Positions 1 through 12,185 are shown, counted from the first letter of the whole stretch. The stretch: 63,062 nucleotides of DNA, filler included, from Octopus bimaculoides (GCF_001194135.2; 7 parts of 6 records of this genome joined end to end with filler, not necessarily neighbours in it), one strand, 5' to 3'. Made by a program: numbers and translations. The notes: generated by a model from the sequence alone, not told the origin.

Positions 1-234
1 TATACATTATATATATATAATATATATACATATATATATTTATATTTATATATACATTATATATATATACATTATATATATATAATATATATACATATAT
101 ATATTTATATTTATATATATATACATTATATATATATACATTATATATATATAATATATATACATATATATATATATTTATATATATATACATTATATAT
201 ATATAATATATATACATATATATATATATATATA

Positions 235-268
<34 letters not shown>
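1..268. repeat. Degenerate (AT)n / TATACAT low-complexity tract ending in (TG)n
   Basis: Read directly from the sequence. Confidence 0.95.
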
Positions 269-271
<3 letters not shown>

Positions 272-979
272 CAATGCAATAATTTAAAGACCTTTTAAAG
301 GTGTTAGATTATTTTAATGTTATTACAATGTTTAGATTAATTTTTCTGAGAGGCATAAAAGGTTGAAGGATTAGCAGAGTGGTTGGAGCATTAGACAAAA
401 TACCCTGCACTATTTAAAATACTACTTTATATTTTGAGTTCAAGTTGCACCACATCCAACTTTGTCTTTCATAAATAAATAGTAATAATACCAATATATA
501 GAGGGGATTTGTATTTATCTTAGTTGTTCCTTTTATGCATAAAAGTTACCCAGTTGTCAGAAACAGCAGCAGGTGATATTAAAGGTGTACCTGTATTTAG
601 TTTTGCCTCTCTTGAGTTTTAAACCCAAGACAAATTTACATGTTATTCCTCCTGGATTGATAAAGTAGCAATAACTTACTGTGATTCAATGGTCATTATA
701 ATTAACCAAAAGAGATCAGTAACTCAAAAAGTTTAAAAAATGAGGCTGAATTAGCAGAAATGATAGATTGCAAGAACCGAAAAATAGTATCAACTTGTCA
801 CCTTTTAACATGTTGCCATCAACATATGATTGTCATCAAATATCCTCTCATTTTAATCATTTTTTTCCTCATTATTTGGTTCTATTTGTAACTTTCCCTT
901 ACATTTCTTTGGCACAAGACTCTTCTTGCAAATTTTAGAGACTTTCTTTAGATGGATAACGGACCTTGTTACTTCAGAA

Positions 980-1345
980 AGTGTTAACTGTATGAGTTAG
1001 AATTATATGGTGTTAACTAGGTATTAAGTTAACTGTGAGAATTAAGGTTGCGTAACATTAACTACAGGAATTGTTTAAGTTTATATAGTGTTAACTGAGG
1101 GAATTAAGATTATACAGTGTTACTCATGGGAACTGAGACTATATATTGTGAGAATTGAAATTATATAGTGTTAACTATAAGAATCAAGATTATATGGGAA
1201 TTTTTTAAGATTATATAACGTGGGAATTAAGATTATATTATGTTAACTGCAAGAATTAAAATTATACTGTGTTCCCTGTGGGAACTGAGTCTATGTAGTG
1301 TTAACTGTGAGAATCAAGATTTTATAGAATAAACTATAGAACATA
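980..1345. repeat. Degenerate ~30-bp minisatellite, consensus about AGTGTTAACTGTGAGAATTAAGATTATAT, ~11-12 units
   Basis: Recurring gtgttaact...gaattaagattata motif at ~30-nt spacing; some units are partial. Confidence 0.8.
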
Positions 1346-1759
1346 AATATTTTGTGTTAAAATAGTGAGTATATGTTATTAGCAAATCAGCATGATAACG
1401 ATAAGCATTTCTTCTTTGACATCATCATTATCACCACCATCCGTAAGAGTTTTATTGATATATCTTTATCTTGTGTTATTTCAAATAAGATTTCAAAAAC
1501 AAATATATCTTATTTATTTATAACACAATCAAAACAAATTTTCAAAAATTGGGATCTTTCTTTGGACGCCAGAAGTTGTTTTAATTCTGAATAGTTGCTG
1601 AACCTCTACAGAGTACATGTATAACCTACTTCAGAGTACTTCTTGCATATCTGGAATCATGCAATTGATAGAACTACAAACACTTTTAAAAACAGTACCA
1701 TCATTCCTATGTTTCTACTATTGGTACTACAAAATTTCTGTTCCCTTAACCTGGAACAG

Positions 1760-1935
1760 TCTGCTACCTCTGTGTCTTAAGCTCATCGTTTGTGCCAAGC
1801 CTCATTCTCCAGTTCTTGTACCAAGTTCTTTTATTCAAAGTTACCTTTTCAGCACTGCAGCATTCTGGAATTCTCTTCCTATTCATCATTTCTGACAGAC
1901 ATCAATTACAGAAATTGAAGATAAACAACCTCATA
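1760..1935 (+). mobile_element. 3' end of a CR1/Jockey-like LINE ORF2, decayed
   Basis: Translates ...SFIQSYLFSTAAFWNSLP, then in another frame SDRHQLQKLKINN. This resembles the SFFxRTxxLWNSLP...NLQxFK motif at the ORF2 C-terminus of these LINEs. Confidence 0.5.
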
Positions 1936-2026
1936 GATCAAACTTTGTACATTTTCATGTATCTAGCTGCAGGGCTGCCTGCTACTACTTTATTGTAAAC
2001 AATGGTAGTACTGCACACAGTATATA

Positions 2027-2244
2027 CAGGGTATCCATAAATTACTTTAATTTTTAAAATTTAGAAAGAAGAAAAATAAGAATAACTCAGCAGGTTACAT
2101 ACAACCAATGGAGCCCACATGGAATTGTTTTGATGTTTCTAATAAAACTTTATTTGTTTGCTTTCCTTTTCCAGTAAACTTTGCTGAGTTATTCACTTTT
2201 TTTTATCAGATTTTTCAATTGAAATGGTAATATATGACACCCTG
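2027..2244. mobile_element. Tc1/mariner-type MITE (218 bp) flanked by TA
   Basis: Left end TA|CAGGGTATCCATAAATTAC; right end reverse-complements to TA|CAGGGTGTCATATATTAC. An additional internal inverted pair is present: gaataactcagcaggttac / gtaaactttgctgagttattc. Confidence 0.8.
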
Positions 2245-2486
2245 TAATACAGGATTGTTTCATAAGAGTAAAGAAAATGCCTTACAGAGGTGTCAAATTG
2301 CTGGACCAGATCAAAAAAGTTACAGAAAGGGTTATAGCTCTACTAATTAGGAAGTGAGTTGTCTTAGATAAGATGCAGCTTGATTTTGTACGAAGGAGAA
2401 CTACTACTGATGCATGATCTCTAGTCAGACAACTGCTGGAGAAGTATTTAACCAAAATTCTTTACTTGGTAGATCCCTTGGAATAG
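2245..2486 (+). mobile_element. RTE-clade LINE reverse transcriptase fragment (pseudogenised)
   Basis: From 2277: MPYRGVKLLDQIKKVTERVIALLIRK*VVLDKMQLDFVRRRTTTDA*SLVRQLLEKYLTK. This matches the RTE motif NYRGIKLL..MK..ERVI...QFGF..GR.TTDAIF.VRQLQEKY. Confidence 0.85.
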
Positions 2487-3189
2487 TAGATAGTTTCTGT
2501 TACTTTCAGCTTTCAATCTGTTCTTTATTTATTTTTCTTTCTCTACAAATAACTATTACATATTTTTATTTCATTACAATAAATGTGAAAATGAATCTCT
2601 GAAACATTGATTTTTTTTAAAAATAACTGAAATTAATGATATTAGGAGGTATTCTGGAGTGTTGTTATTTATTCTGTAATTTAAGTGGCATCTGGTTTTA
2701 ATGTCAGAAAACTGGATGTCTTTGGAAAATGATCATTGCATTTGTTTTGTACGTGTTGCTTTACCATAGATGTTAGAAATATTTTCTATTGCTTTTGGTT
2801 TGGAATAATTGGTTCCAGCAATTATGACAAACAGTTCTTTTATTGACATTTTGACTGCTGTACTAACAGGTTTAAGAATCTGCAAAAAAGCTTCTTTCTT
2901 AATATATCTTACATCTTATAAATTTCTGAGGTTGTGGAAATAATGATTGTTGCTTTCCTGTTGACTTACATTAATTTTTTTTATTATTCATAATGTTTTC
3001 CTATTAATGTAGGGGAGTTACAATGGCTGGAAGGTTACAGCCATGGACAACTGACCACAAATGGTTAGTTAATATCTTGCAATAGCAATTGTTTGGCTCA
3101 TGAGCAAGACTCAGAACTACTAACTGCAGTTTGCATAACCAGACAAAAAGAAAGATGATCTATTTTTACTTAACACTTGAATGTGGTAG

Positions 3190-3450
3190 AAAGTAAACAA
3201 GTACTGTTTCAAGTCCTATGCCCCATAGGGCCAGTTACATTGTTTCCATGAATTTAAATGACTGAGACCACAATATTCCCCCTAAACAGGATGTCAGTCT
3301 GTTGTAGAGTTATTCATTTATAGCTGAGTCGACAGGAGCAATTTGAAATGAATTATTTTGCTGAAGAACAGAAGGCGCCACTTGGCCTAGAAATCAAAAC
3401 CATGATCTTACAATCATGAGTTCAATACTTTAACCACCAGGCTATGCACC
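3190..3450 (-). mobile_element. tRNA-derived SINE, family C, decayed
   Basis: Shares head and body with 49295-49462 (gctgagt.gac.ggagcaa..tgaaatgaa..attttgct.aagaaca; caatcatgag...taaccac.agg). Confidence 0.65.
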
Positions 3451-3564
3451 ACTTGTGGTAGGAAGCTGCATAAATGACTGTTGGTGTAAATAAACCAGCC
3501 ATCGATACAAGAATGGAAAGCAGCAAAGAAAAAAACATAGCAAAAACATTACACTGGAAACAAT

Positions 3565-3735
3565 AATGGTTGTGTTGCTTTGTATTGTAAAAAACGTTTA
3601 CTTCACAACTACATGGTTTCAAGTCCAATCCCACTGCTCCACATCTTGTACAAGTGTCTTCTATCATAGCCTCTGGCCAACAAAATACTTGAGGATGAAA
3701 TTAGGTTCATAGGAATTGTGTAGAAGGCTCTCATT
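3565..3735 (+). mobile_element. tRNA-derived SINE, family B head, decayed
   Basis: acatggtttcaagtccaatcccactg...caagtgtcttctatcatagcc aligns with the heads at 45358 (+) and 26419 (-). Confidence 0.6.
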
Positions 3736-4739
3736 TACACAATTCATGTTGTTCAGATGTAGATTTAATCTTTAGACCAGCGTAACACCACCAAACCTGT
3801 GGGTCAGGCACTTTCTCCAAATCTGAAGATAACTTCCTTGCCTGACTCAGTGGTAAGGGGCCCTGTATGTTTTTTTTTTCTTTTATCATTACTCTACCTT
3901 GGTTAGTTTGTTTTCAGTATGCAGGTTTGGACAAGTTTTGTATGGAAAACTAGCAGTTACCAATACATGCAAGTTTCCCCTCTCTATGTCATTGATGTTG
4001 CCCAAAGTAAAAGCAAGGGACCACTAACGTTGTTGAAGGCTTTGCCTTCAGAATAGAAATTACAAGATATTTTGTCCAACTCTACCAGCTTGCTCTCATG
4101 CATTATTTATTAACTTCAAAAAATGTAAAGCAAACTTGACCTTAACTGAATTTGAACTTAAAGTGTAAAGAGCCAACGCATATACTATAATTTACTCTAT
4201 CCAATACTTTAATGACTCAACCAGTTTACAATTTATTGCCTTAGTCTAAGTGACAGTATATATGGAATTCATTCTCGTTTTTAAATAATTCATTGCCATG
4301 AATAGTTATTACCAAAAGGCTTGATACTGAAAATTAATCAGCAAATGTAATAGACTCTTGATTATATAACAAATGAAAACAGTAGCTTAGTCTCTCTTAA
4401 GAAGAAAATTATGCCAGGAGTTAGGATATATATTTTGATAGTAAGCCAAAACTAAAAAAAAAAAAATTATATGGAAACATATATGGTCTTACTGCAAACT
4501 GTGTAATCATTGTTATAAATATCTTGAGATGCATATAATGAATTACCATATCCCCCAGATTCAGAAATCCTCAGGACCCCACCCTCAAAAAGCCTACACT
4601 TAGACTTTGCAACTCCTACTTGGGTTGAAAGAGAGACATCACCATTTATGTGGTTCACCAGTACTAGCAATGTTGTCAAGTACATTTCACACACACATAT
4701 ATCTGTACAAACTCATACAAATGCATTCATATCTATGTG

Positions 4740-4975
4740 TGTCATCATCATCATTTAATTTCCATTTTCCATGCTTGTATGGGTTGGATGGTTTGATGGA
4801 AGGTAGTAAGTTGCACTAGGCTCCAACTGTCTATTTTGGTATGGTTTCTACTGCTGGATACCCTTCCTAATGACAACCACTTTACTGAGTTTACTGGGTG
4901 CTTCTGTAACACAAACATTGGTGCTTTTTATGTAGCACCAGCACAGGTGCATTTTACATGGCACCAACACTAGTA
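4740..4975. repeat. Dispersed repeat, probably a LINE/SINE tail; second copy at ~9150-9365
   Basis: Both copies carry (atc)n-tttaa..tttccatgct..gg.t.gatg and ccttcctaa..c.acc...tt.tac.gagt.tactg.gtgctt. Confidence 0.55.
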
Positions 4976-5489
4976 GTGTTGTCAAGTAGCTTGCAAGACA
5001 AAGCCCTCTCAGTTGAGAGAAGCAGTGGAACCAAAGAAAGTGATGGTGTGCTAGGCAAGAGGTTAGAGTATAATAGAGGCAGAGATAGTTGTCTTACTAT
5101 AGAGAAGATACTTGGTTACCCCAGTAGGACAAGGAAGGTGAGAGAGAAAGATAAAGGGACAGAATGAGAGGGAGAAATAAGATGGTGTTGGAGATGTATT
5201 GTTGGCTACTCACAGGGAACAGTGATTGGGGAAGTATAAGTAGTACAGATAGGATAGAGAGGATGTTCCATCGGAGTGTGAGGGAAGTTGTTTATAGATG
5301 GAGAAGACATGACTGTAGCAAGTGATAGTGAGAGAAATTGGAGTGGCTGGGTGTGGGTATGTTAGATATATGAGGGCATGGAGAATGTGTGGTTAAGCAT
5401 GTGAAGGAGAGTGGAGGGGCCTGCTGTGGGTGAGATGCATGAGGAAGAATGGAAGGGTGGGGTGTTTAGAAGATGGAGATGGAGATAGA

Positions 5490-5790
5490 TTATGTGTGTG
5501 ACCCAGTGTATCACACAATCATGAAGTCATGGCTTTCAATTCCCTGGCAGTGCATTGTGTTCTTGAGCAAAACACTCCATTTCACAATGCTCTGCAATTA
5601 TTTCAACATCTGATACTTGGCACACTTGTGTGCCTGTACAGGCAATGTCAGCTTGATGAAGGGAGTGAGCTTATGTGAGCACAAATATTTGATCACTTTA
5701 AACAAAGCATCTGTATTATGGTTCAGCAAGAAATTGCAGAAGCCGCATTTAACTAGGGGAGAGTCCAAATTAGATATTCTTTTACATGTT
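5490..5790 (+). mobile_element. tRNA-derived SINE, family C, decayed
   Basis: cacaatcatgaagtcatggctttcaattccc...gcattgtgttcttgagcaaaacact.catttcac matches 47600-47700 (+) and 49330-49462 (-). Confidence 0.6.
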
Positions 5791-6389
5791 TCAGTCATTT
5801 GACTGTGATCATGCTGAAGCACTGCCTTGAAGGATCTTAGTCGAACCATGTTGTTGGGAAGCAAGCTTTTTACCATATAGCCATGCCTGTGCCTATATAT
5901 GTATATTAATAATAATGATAATAATAATAATATATGTGCGTGTGTATGTGTGTGTGTGTGTATGCGTGTGTGTGCGTGTGTGTGTATAAGTTCACTCCCT
6001 CCATCAATATATTGAACTTTGTGGAACATATGTGGTTTGTGACTCTACTGGAAATCATTAAAAATAGTAGCTGGTTGAATTGGTGGAGCACCGAGGAAGA
6101 TCAAGTCATAGTTAATAGAACTAACTGTGTTAAGCTAAATGCCTTTTGGTATTTTGTTGCATCCCAGTATATTCTCAGTTCAAATACCTCCCGGATTTAT
6201 TCAGCCTATCATTCTTCCAGAAATGATAAAATAAGTAGCTATTAAATAAGGCAGTTGATTTAATTGACTGTGGCCTTATGCCACTGTTAAAATCACTGGT
6301 AATAATAATTATTATTATTTTTAATGTGTTATGAGCTACTTCATGTTTAACTGAAAAATGATTTATCGGTTATTAATTATATTTTACAG

Positions 6390-6637
6390 TGGAGATAAAA
6401 AGTCACTGAGACCAGGGGCCCCATCAGATCCTTTGGAATACAACTTCAACAATAAAAGGCGAGGAATTTTCATAATCATTAACAATAAACACTTTGATGA
6501 ATCAACTGGTCAACATTCAAGAGAAGGTACGGATATCGACGCTGAACGTCTTGAAGAACGATTCCAAGCTCTGGGTTTTGAAGTTCAGCGATATGATAAC
6601 ATTACTCGGACTAAAATGACTGGCCTCATGTATGATA
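6390..6637 (+). CDS. Internal exon of an effector caspase (caspase-3/7-like, peptidase C14), covering the start of the p20 subunit
   Basis: Translates GDKKSLRPGAPSDPLEYNFNNKRRGIFIIINNKHFDESTGQHSREGTDIDAERLEERFQALGFEVQRYDNITRTKMTGLMYD, which matches the caspase motif Y.M....RG..IIINNK.F...TG...R.GT..DA..L...F..LGF.V. Acceptor ttttacAG ends at 6389 and donor GTAAGT starts at 6638. The exon is 248 nt, phase 2 in and phase 1 out, with no stops. Confidence 0.93.
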
Positions 6638-7844
6638 GTAAGTAATTTCTGAAATAAATTTTATATCAATGTCAGCATCATCATCATCATAATGGTATTC
6701 ATTATCATATCATCATTATCATCAGCATTATCAATATGATTACTTTCTGAACTTCATCATCATCATCATCATCATATAAACATGATGATGATGGTGACAT
6801 TTCAGCTGTTCAGATATTATTTAACTTGCAAGTTTGTTTTAAATGTTCATTCTGTCACTATTATAGTTCAAGACCTGTAGTAGAGCCTTTTATCTATCAA
6901 TCAAAAACACTCATTCATATGTGAATGACTTAAGCTTAAGTCTACATACTTCAACAAAATGATGGCAGAATGAACATGTAGATCGAAATAAAAAAATTGA
7001 TAAATTAATAAATAAACAAAATTTTGTAATTCAACAATATTTAGAATGCTTAAGATCCTAGCTAGATCAGTAAAGAGATAAAGATCTTGAAAATACTGCA
7101 ACAGAAGAAGAAAGAAATTAGAAATGGACTGTGAAGAGCTGTGCTTACATACATACCAACTACATGTGTGTATGTGTGTGTGCATGCACACACACACACA
7201 CACACACAACAGCAAGCACATGCTTGAAATAACATGACAGCTCACATGCAACACAAGGAAAAGAACCAATGCCCTCTTGGATTTAGACTCAGGTGAGAGG
7301 ATCACAGAAATGATGTATTGAAAATATTTCACCCACCCTTAAGATTAAATAACAAAAAAAAACATAAGTAGTACATATGCATGTGTGTGTGTGTGTACAT
7401 ACATATGAGGTATATTTATGTATCCAACTCTTTTCCCTACCAAAACTAATGCTGCATGGGCAAAATCCATTGATTGGAAGGTAATGCCACCTTTCCTGCA
7501 TTAGCATGAAAATTTTCATGCAGGTAGGCTACATCAGTTCTTGACTGTTATGCCTAGAGTACAGACATGTAGTGTGTGCTTGTCAGATTTTCCTTTTCAT
7601 GGAACACATTGAGCAGAGATATTGCATCAAGTTTTGCCAAAAGCTAGGTGATACTCAAGCTCAAACCATCCAGAAGATTCAGTAGGCCTTTGGCAATGAT
7701 GCCATGGGAGAAACTCAGATCAAGGAGTGGTACAACTGCTTCAATATTGCCTCACCTCTATGGAGAGTGAGGCATGTTCAGGCAGGCCATCCACAACCTG
7801 AAACAATGAGCCAATTGAGAAGGTTCAGTGAATAGTCATGTAAA

Positions 7845-8756
7845 CGCTGTGGTGGGCACCCCCAAGTGAGAAGTGGGTTGTTCCACTACTGATAAATAGT
7901 GGACAGAGACAGCAAGGAGGGTCAGTCAGTGAGGTACACCATATGGGCCAGCCACACAGACAAAGTTACATCATGATAATGTGGGACATATCAGTACCTC
8001 CCACTGTATAATGGTGTTGTTATAACAGTAGTAACAAGGTTATGAACACTCTAAGGAGTGTTAAAATGGAAGAACTATACACAGTGACAAACTTGAAAAA
8101 AAATTCCAAAGGAAAAAACATCTGGAAAAACTGGAACTCTAACACAGAACTGATCTACACACAGTGAAAAATAATATAAATCCATTCAAAAGAATTTAGT
8201 CAGGTCACTATGTGTTAGTAGTGTTACTGGTAAACAATGTAGACTGGTACTACCTGCAGCATTCTGAAGCGAAAAATAATTCTGTGTGGAAGGAAAAAAT
8301 AATAATAATAATAATGAGTCCATGTGAAGAATTTAAGTCAGGTCGCTATGTGTTAGTAGTGCTGCCAATAAACAATGTAGATTGGTACTACCTGTAGCAT
8401 TCTGAAGAGAAATATAATTCTGTGTGGAAGAAGTAATAATAATAAACCCGTATAAAGGATTTAAGTCAGGTTGCTATGTGTTAGTAGTACTACTGGTAAA
8501 CAATGTTGACTGGTACTACCTATGGCATTCTGAAGAAAATAAATAATTCTGTTGTTTGGAAGAAAAAGAAACAGAATATGAAAAAAAATTTCAAAGTGGG
8601 GAGGTGTTGTGGTGGACACTCCCAAGTGAGAAGTGGGCTGTTCCACTACTGATAAATAGTGGACGGACTCAGCAAGGAGGGTTAGTCAGTGAGGTACGCC
8701 ATATGGGCCAGTCACACAGCCGACAAAGTTATGTCATCATAATGTAGGACATATCA
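7845..8756. mobile_element. Non-autonomous miniature LTR element (TRIM-like); LTRs at 7845-7993 and 8605-8756
   Basis: Two ~150-bp direct repeats, ~88-90% identical by eye, with ends (T/C)G(T/C)TGT...ATATCA and an internal ATAAATA. A purine tract agtggggagg lies directly before the right LTR. Candidate 5-bp target duplication: GTAAA (7840-7844) / GTAAC (8757-8761). No ORF inside. Confidence 0.75.
8192..8565. repeat. Three tandem ~130-bp units inside the LTR element
   Basis: Units begin at ~8192, ~8329 and ~8458 with att(t)aagtcaggt..ctatgtgttagtagt...taaacaatgt.ga.tggtactacct..gcattctgaag. Confidence 0.9.
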
Positions 8757-9907
8757 GTAACAATCCAGGAAATTGCTTGTGAAGTGGGAATAGGCACAGA
8801 ATCAGTGCATTCCATTTAAATGGAGGATTTGTGTATGTAGAGAGTGTTGGCGAAATTTGTCCCCATGATAAATGAAGTCTGAGTTGTGGTTGCACAGTCC
8901 AGCATGTCTTAAACAATTTCCATGTGGAGTTGGTTCTGTTGCTTCTTAGTGATTACAGTTTTTATTAAATACTAACAATATTTAATGCTACAAGTATTAA
9001 ATACAGCAGAAGCAGTTAAAGAGAAGAAGATTCATATTTCAAAACTTTTATAGCACACTAAAATATTGATTTTGAAAAATAGGAAAACATGTTGTCGTCA
9101 AGTGTTATACACAGATAAATGTGTATGTGTGTGTGTGGTGGGGGGGGGTCATCATTTTAAATCTGCTTTCCATGCTTCTATAGGTTAGATGAGTCACCGT
9201 GCTTGGAGTCAGTACATACAGAAGGCTATTACTCACCTAAACAGGCTGGGTGATTGCATCCTGCTTGTGTTTCATTTATGGTTTGATTTTTATAGCCAAA
9301 TGGCCTTCCTAACACCACCCATTCTACAGAGTGTACTGTGTGCTTTTTTCATGACTCCATTACCAATGAGGTGTCATATCCTCAAGACGACTAAAGGATC
9401 CTCATAATTTTGCACTTTACAGAATGTTTCATGATACCAGCACAGGATAGATAGCTATGTCCTTCAGAATCCCACATCAGTGATTGCTTATATGTATGCC
9501 ACTTGTATTTTTTAATTATTATAAATCTTCCAGTGAGGAGAGAGCTGGTTTCTAACAAAGATACAAAGCTCCATCTTTGGGATGTAGTTAACACAGACAA
9601 ATTCACATTTGGAACTTGAGAAAAGTCTTGCATATTTTTATTGTTCCATTCACAGATTGTATGTATGTATGTGTGTATATATATATACATATATATATGT
9701 AAGTATATAGAGAGAAAGTGAGACAAATACACACACACACACACACACACAATCTGAAATGTACAGTATTGTATATCCATCACAGCTGATCTTACCAATC
9801 GGTTTCATGCTAGGAATACAATGGAATGTTAGGTAACCATCTGATTATATAACCTTACACTCATCAGAGTTAGCCAGTATGGAAGGGAATATGGTGAATA
9901 CTATATA

Positions 9908-11365
9908 TCTATATTATAAATATACTCTTTGCGAAGTAACTTCCAGAAATTGATTTTCTCCCTTACATCTATTGGTTATAAAAAAATGTTTTTTAATATT
10001 AGATTCACATCATTGAAAGTTTTTTAAAATATCTACTTCCAGTTTTCTAGCATCAGTGATGTCTATATCTCTCTATCCATCTCTATCTCTATATCTATCA
10101 GTCTATATCTTATCTATCTATCTATTTCTATCTTATTTGTCTAACTAGCTATCTCTCTCTCTTTCTAAATCTCACTAGCTCTCTGTTGTTTTCACTTTCA
10201 TTTTTCAGACGCTACTGTTTTCACTGTAAGTTTTCAATTGCTATTTACAAACAATAACAAATTACTGACAGAAAGAAGTTCACAATTACTGATGAAAATA
10301 ATTTCATACATAATTTACTGACAGAAGTAACTTCATAAATTTCACTTCAATCTGTACACTTCATTAAATTTGCCTACAAATTTCTTATTTGGTTTTTGCA
10401 ATGTTTTGTATTTTTTGTTGTTGATGGAATTACTGATAAAAGTAAGTTCATGATTTACTTACAGAAGTAACTTCAAAAATTTCACTTAAATCTGTACACT
10501 TAGTTAATTTCTCTAAAAATTTCTTATTTACTTTCTGCCCATTGTATTAAGAAATATAATTTCCATTACCCAGTTATTTTTCATTGTTTACTATCTTCTG
10601 CACCTGTGTATTTCTGTATATGTATATAATCATGCCTAGAAGGAAAGTGTCAAATTTGAGAGATAGCTGCAGAAAGGGAAGCATACCAAGAAACGAACAG
10701 ACTGTGCACTACAAAAGCCAGAGCATCTCAAAGTGATGAACAGGAGTATGCACAGCTGACAAGGAATAGGATCGCCACTGCAGAACGAAGAGCAATCACA
10801 ACAGCTCAGGGAAGCAACTTCTATGAAGCAGCTTTCAATTATGATCCAGCAGTTCATTGTGCAGATGACACTAGAGTTTCCATTGGTGCAATGACAACTG
10901 AGTGCATACATTATAAAGCAAGTAAGTGGCCTGGAGAGACACCTACACTGTGCTGCAGTGGCGGAAAGTTAAACTCCCTGCACTCTCCCAACCTCCAAAG
11001 TCATTGAAGAAACTGTTGTCATCGACTGACCAAGATTCCAGTACTTCCAAAACAAAATTAGACAATACAATGCTGCACTACAGATGACATCATTTGGAGC
11101 CCCAAGAGATTTAACTAAGCCAAGATACATGCAAACTTTCAAGATCCAAGGTCAGATTTATCGTCAGATTGGTTCTCTACTACCTCTGTCAAATGAATCA
11201 CCAAAATCTGCCTTTCATTGTTTATAATCTGTACCTGTTTTTTGATTACAAAATAATCTACACAAAACATGTTTTTGAATTACGTGTATTTACTTTATAC
11301 ATGTGAATATATTCTTAAGTCCACCATTTTGTCAAATTGCAGCAGCTTCCAAGCTTCACCACTAA
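9908..11365 (+). mobile_element. Internally deleted Helitron with putative termini
   Basis: 5' end A|TCTATATTATAAA at 9908. 3' end has a short hairpin agctt-cc-aagct followed by CTAA|T (fits CTRR|T) at 11362-11366. Contains a Rep-protein fragment and a duplicated cagaagtaacttc...atctgtacactt block (~10321 and ~10461). The termini are less certain than the coding match. Confidence 0.6.
10632..11206 (+). pseudogene. Helitron Rep/helicase N-terminal fragment, frameshifted
   Basis: AAFNYDPAVHCADDTRVSIGAMTTECIHYKASKWPGETPTLCCSGGK and NKIRQYNAALQMTSFGA...YMQTFKIQGQIYRQIGSLLP are characteristic Helitron N-terminal motifs. Confidence 0.9.
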
Positions 11366-11749
11366 TTCAGTTCTCAGCTAAATTGCAAACTGTTAATAGT
11401 TTTAAAGAGGACACCTCTTCAGCTACACTTTGGCATAACTAGTTTGAGATTTGGTTGAGTAGAAACAAGTTACATCAAAATATCTGCGATCTCAAGGGGG
11501 GCAGTAAGGCAGATATTCATCTTCAATTAACATAAATTTTTTAATTTTAAATTAAAAGTATACCTTTCTTAGGCTTAAATGATAGAAAAATGCATGAGGA
11601 ATTCAGAATCGTTAGTCGCATTGAACAAAAATTAGTAGAAAAACAGTTATGAGGTAAAATGTTACAAAACTCCATGTCTGGGAAGTAAAGGAATAACACT
11701 TAAGCAATAAGAATAAAGAATATATTTCTAAAATGAATGTTTATTGTCT

Positions 11750-12185
11750 AAGGCGGTGAGCTGGCAGAAACATTAGCATGCCAGGCAAAATGCTTAATAC
11801 TATTTTGTCTGTCTATGTTTTTGAGTTCAAATTTTGCCAAGGTCAACTTGGATGTACAGATTATTTAATTTTTTTTAACTAAACACTTTCAAACTTCCGA
11901 TACTGGTAGAATATGTCACATAGAACAGGGTTTATTCTTAACGTTTTTGACAAAATTTTGTATTTTAGAAGTGGTATTTCGTCTGTCTTTACATTCTGAG
12001 TTCAAATTTCACCTAGGTCGACTTTGCTTTTCATACATTTCGGATCTATTCAACTAGATGTACAGATTATTTGATTAATTTTTTCAACTAAACATTTACA
12101 AACTTCCGATACTGGTAGAATATGTCACATAGAACAGCGTTTACTCTTAACATTTTTGACAAAATTTTGCATTTTAGAAGTTATT
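11750..12185 (+). repeat. CpG-decayed family A SINE head plus a local tandem duplication (SINE segment + ~130 bp)
   Basis: aggcggtgagctggcagaaacattagcatgccagg aligns to the family A head. The block gatgtacagattattt...cttccgatactggtagaatatgtcacatagaacag...ttttagaagt occurs at ~11861 and ~12057. Confidence 0.8.

Larger units (their letters stand above)
7540..8866 (+). mobile_element. Mariner transposase fossil (N-terminal HTH region), split by an insertion at 7845-8756
   Basis: From 7599: MEHIEQRYCIKFCQKLGDTQAQTIQKIQ*AFGNDAMGETQIKEWYNCF, a frameshift, then ESEACSGRPSTT*NNEPIEKVQ*IVM. It resumes at 8757 with VTIQEIACEVGIGTESVHSI*MEDLCM*RVLAKFVP. The two parts are colinear with mariner transposases. 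Confidence 0.9.

Noticed and set aside
7485-7529. KIFMQ followed by gtaggc, like the caspase ...KLFIIQ donor site
   Set aside because: An in-frame stop lies 13 codons upstream and there is no SLxGKP similarity.
11493-11704. Possible TTAA-type (Kolobok or piggyBac) miniature element
   Set aside because: The ends do not form a convincing inverted repeat.
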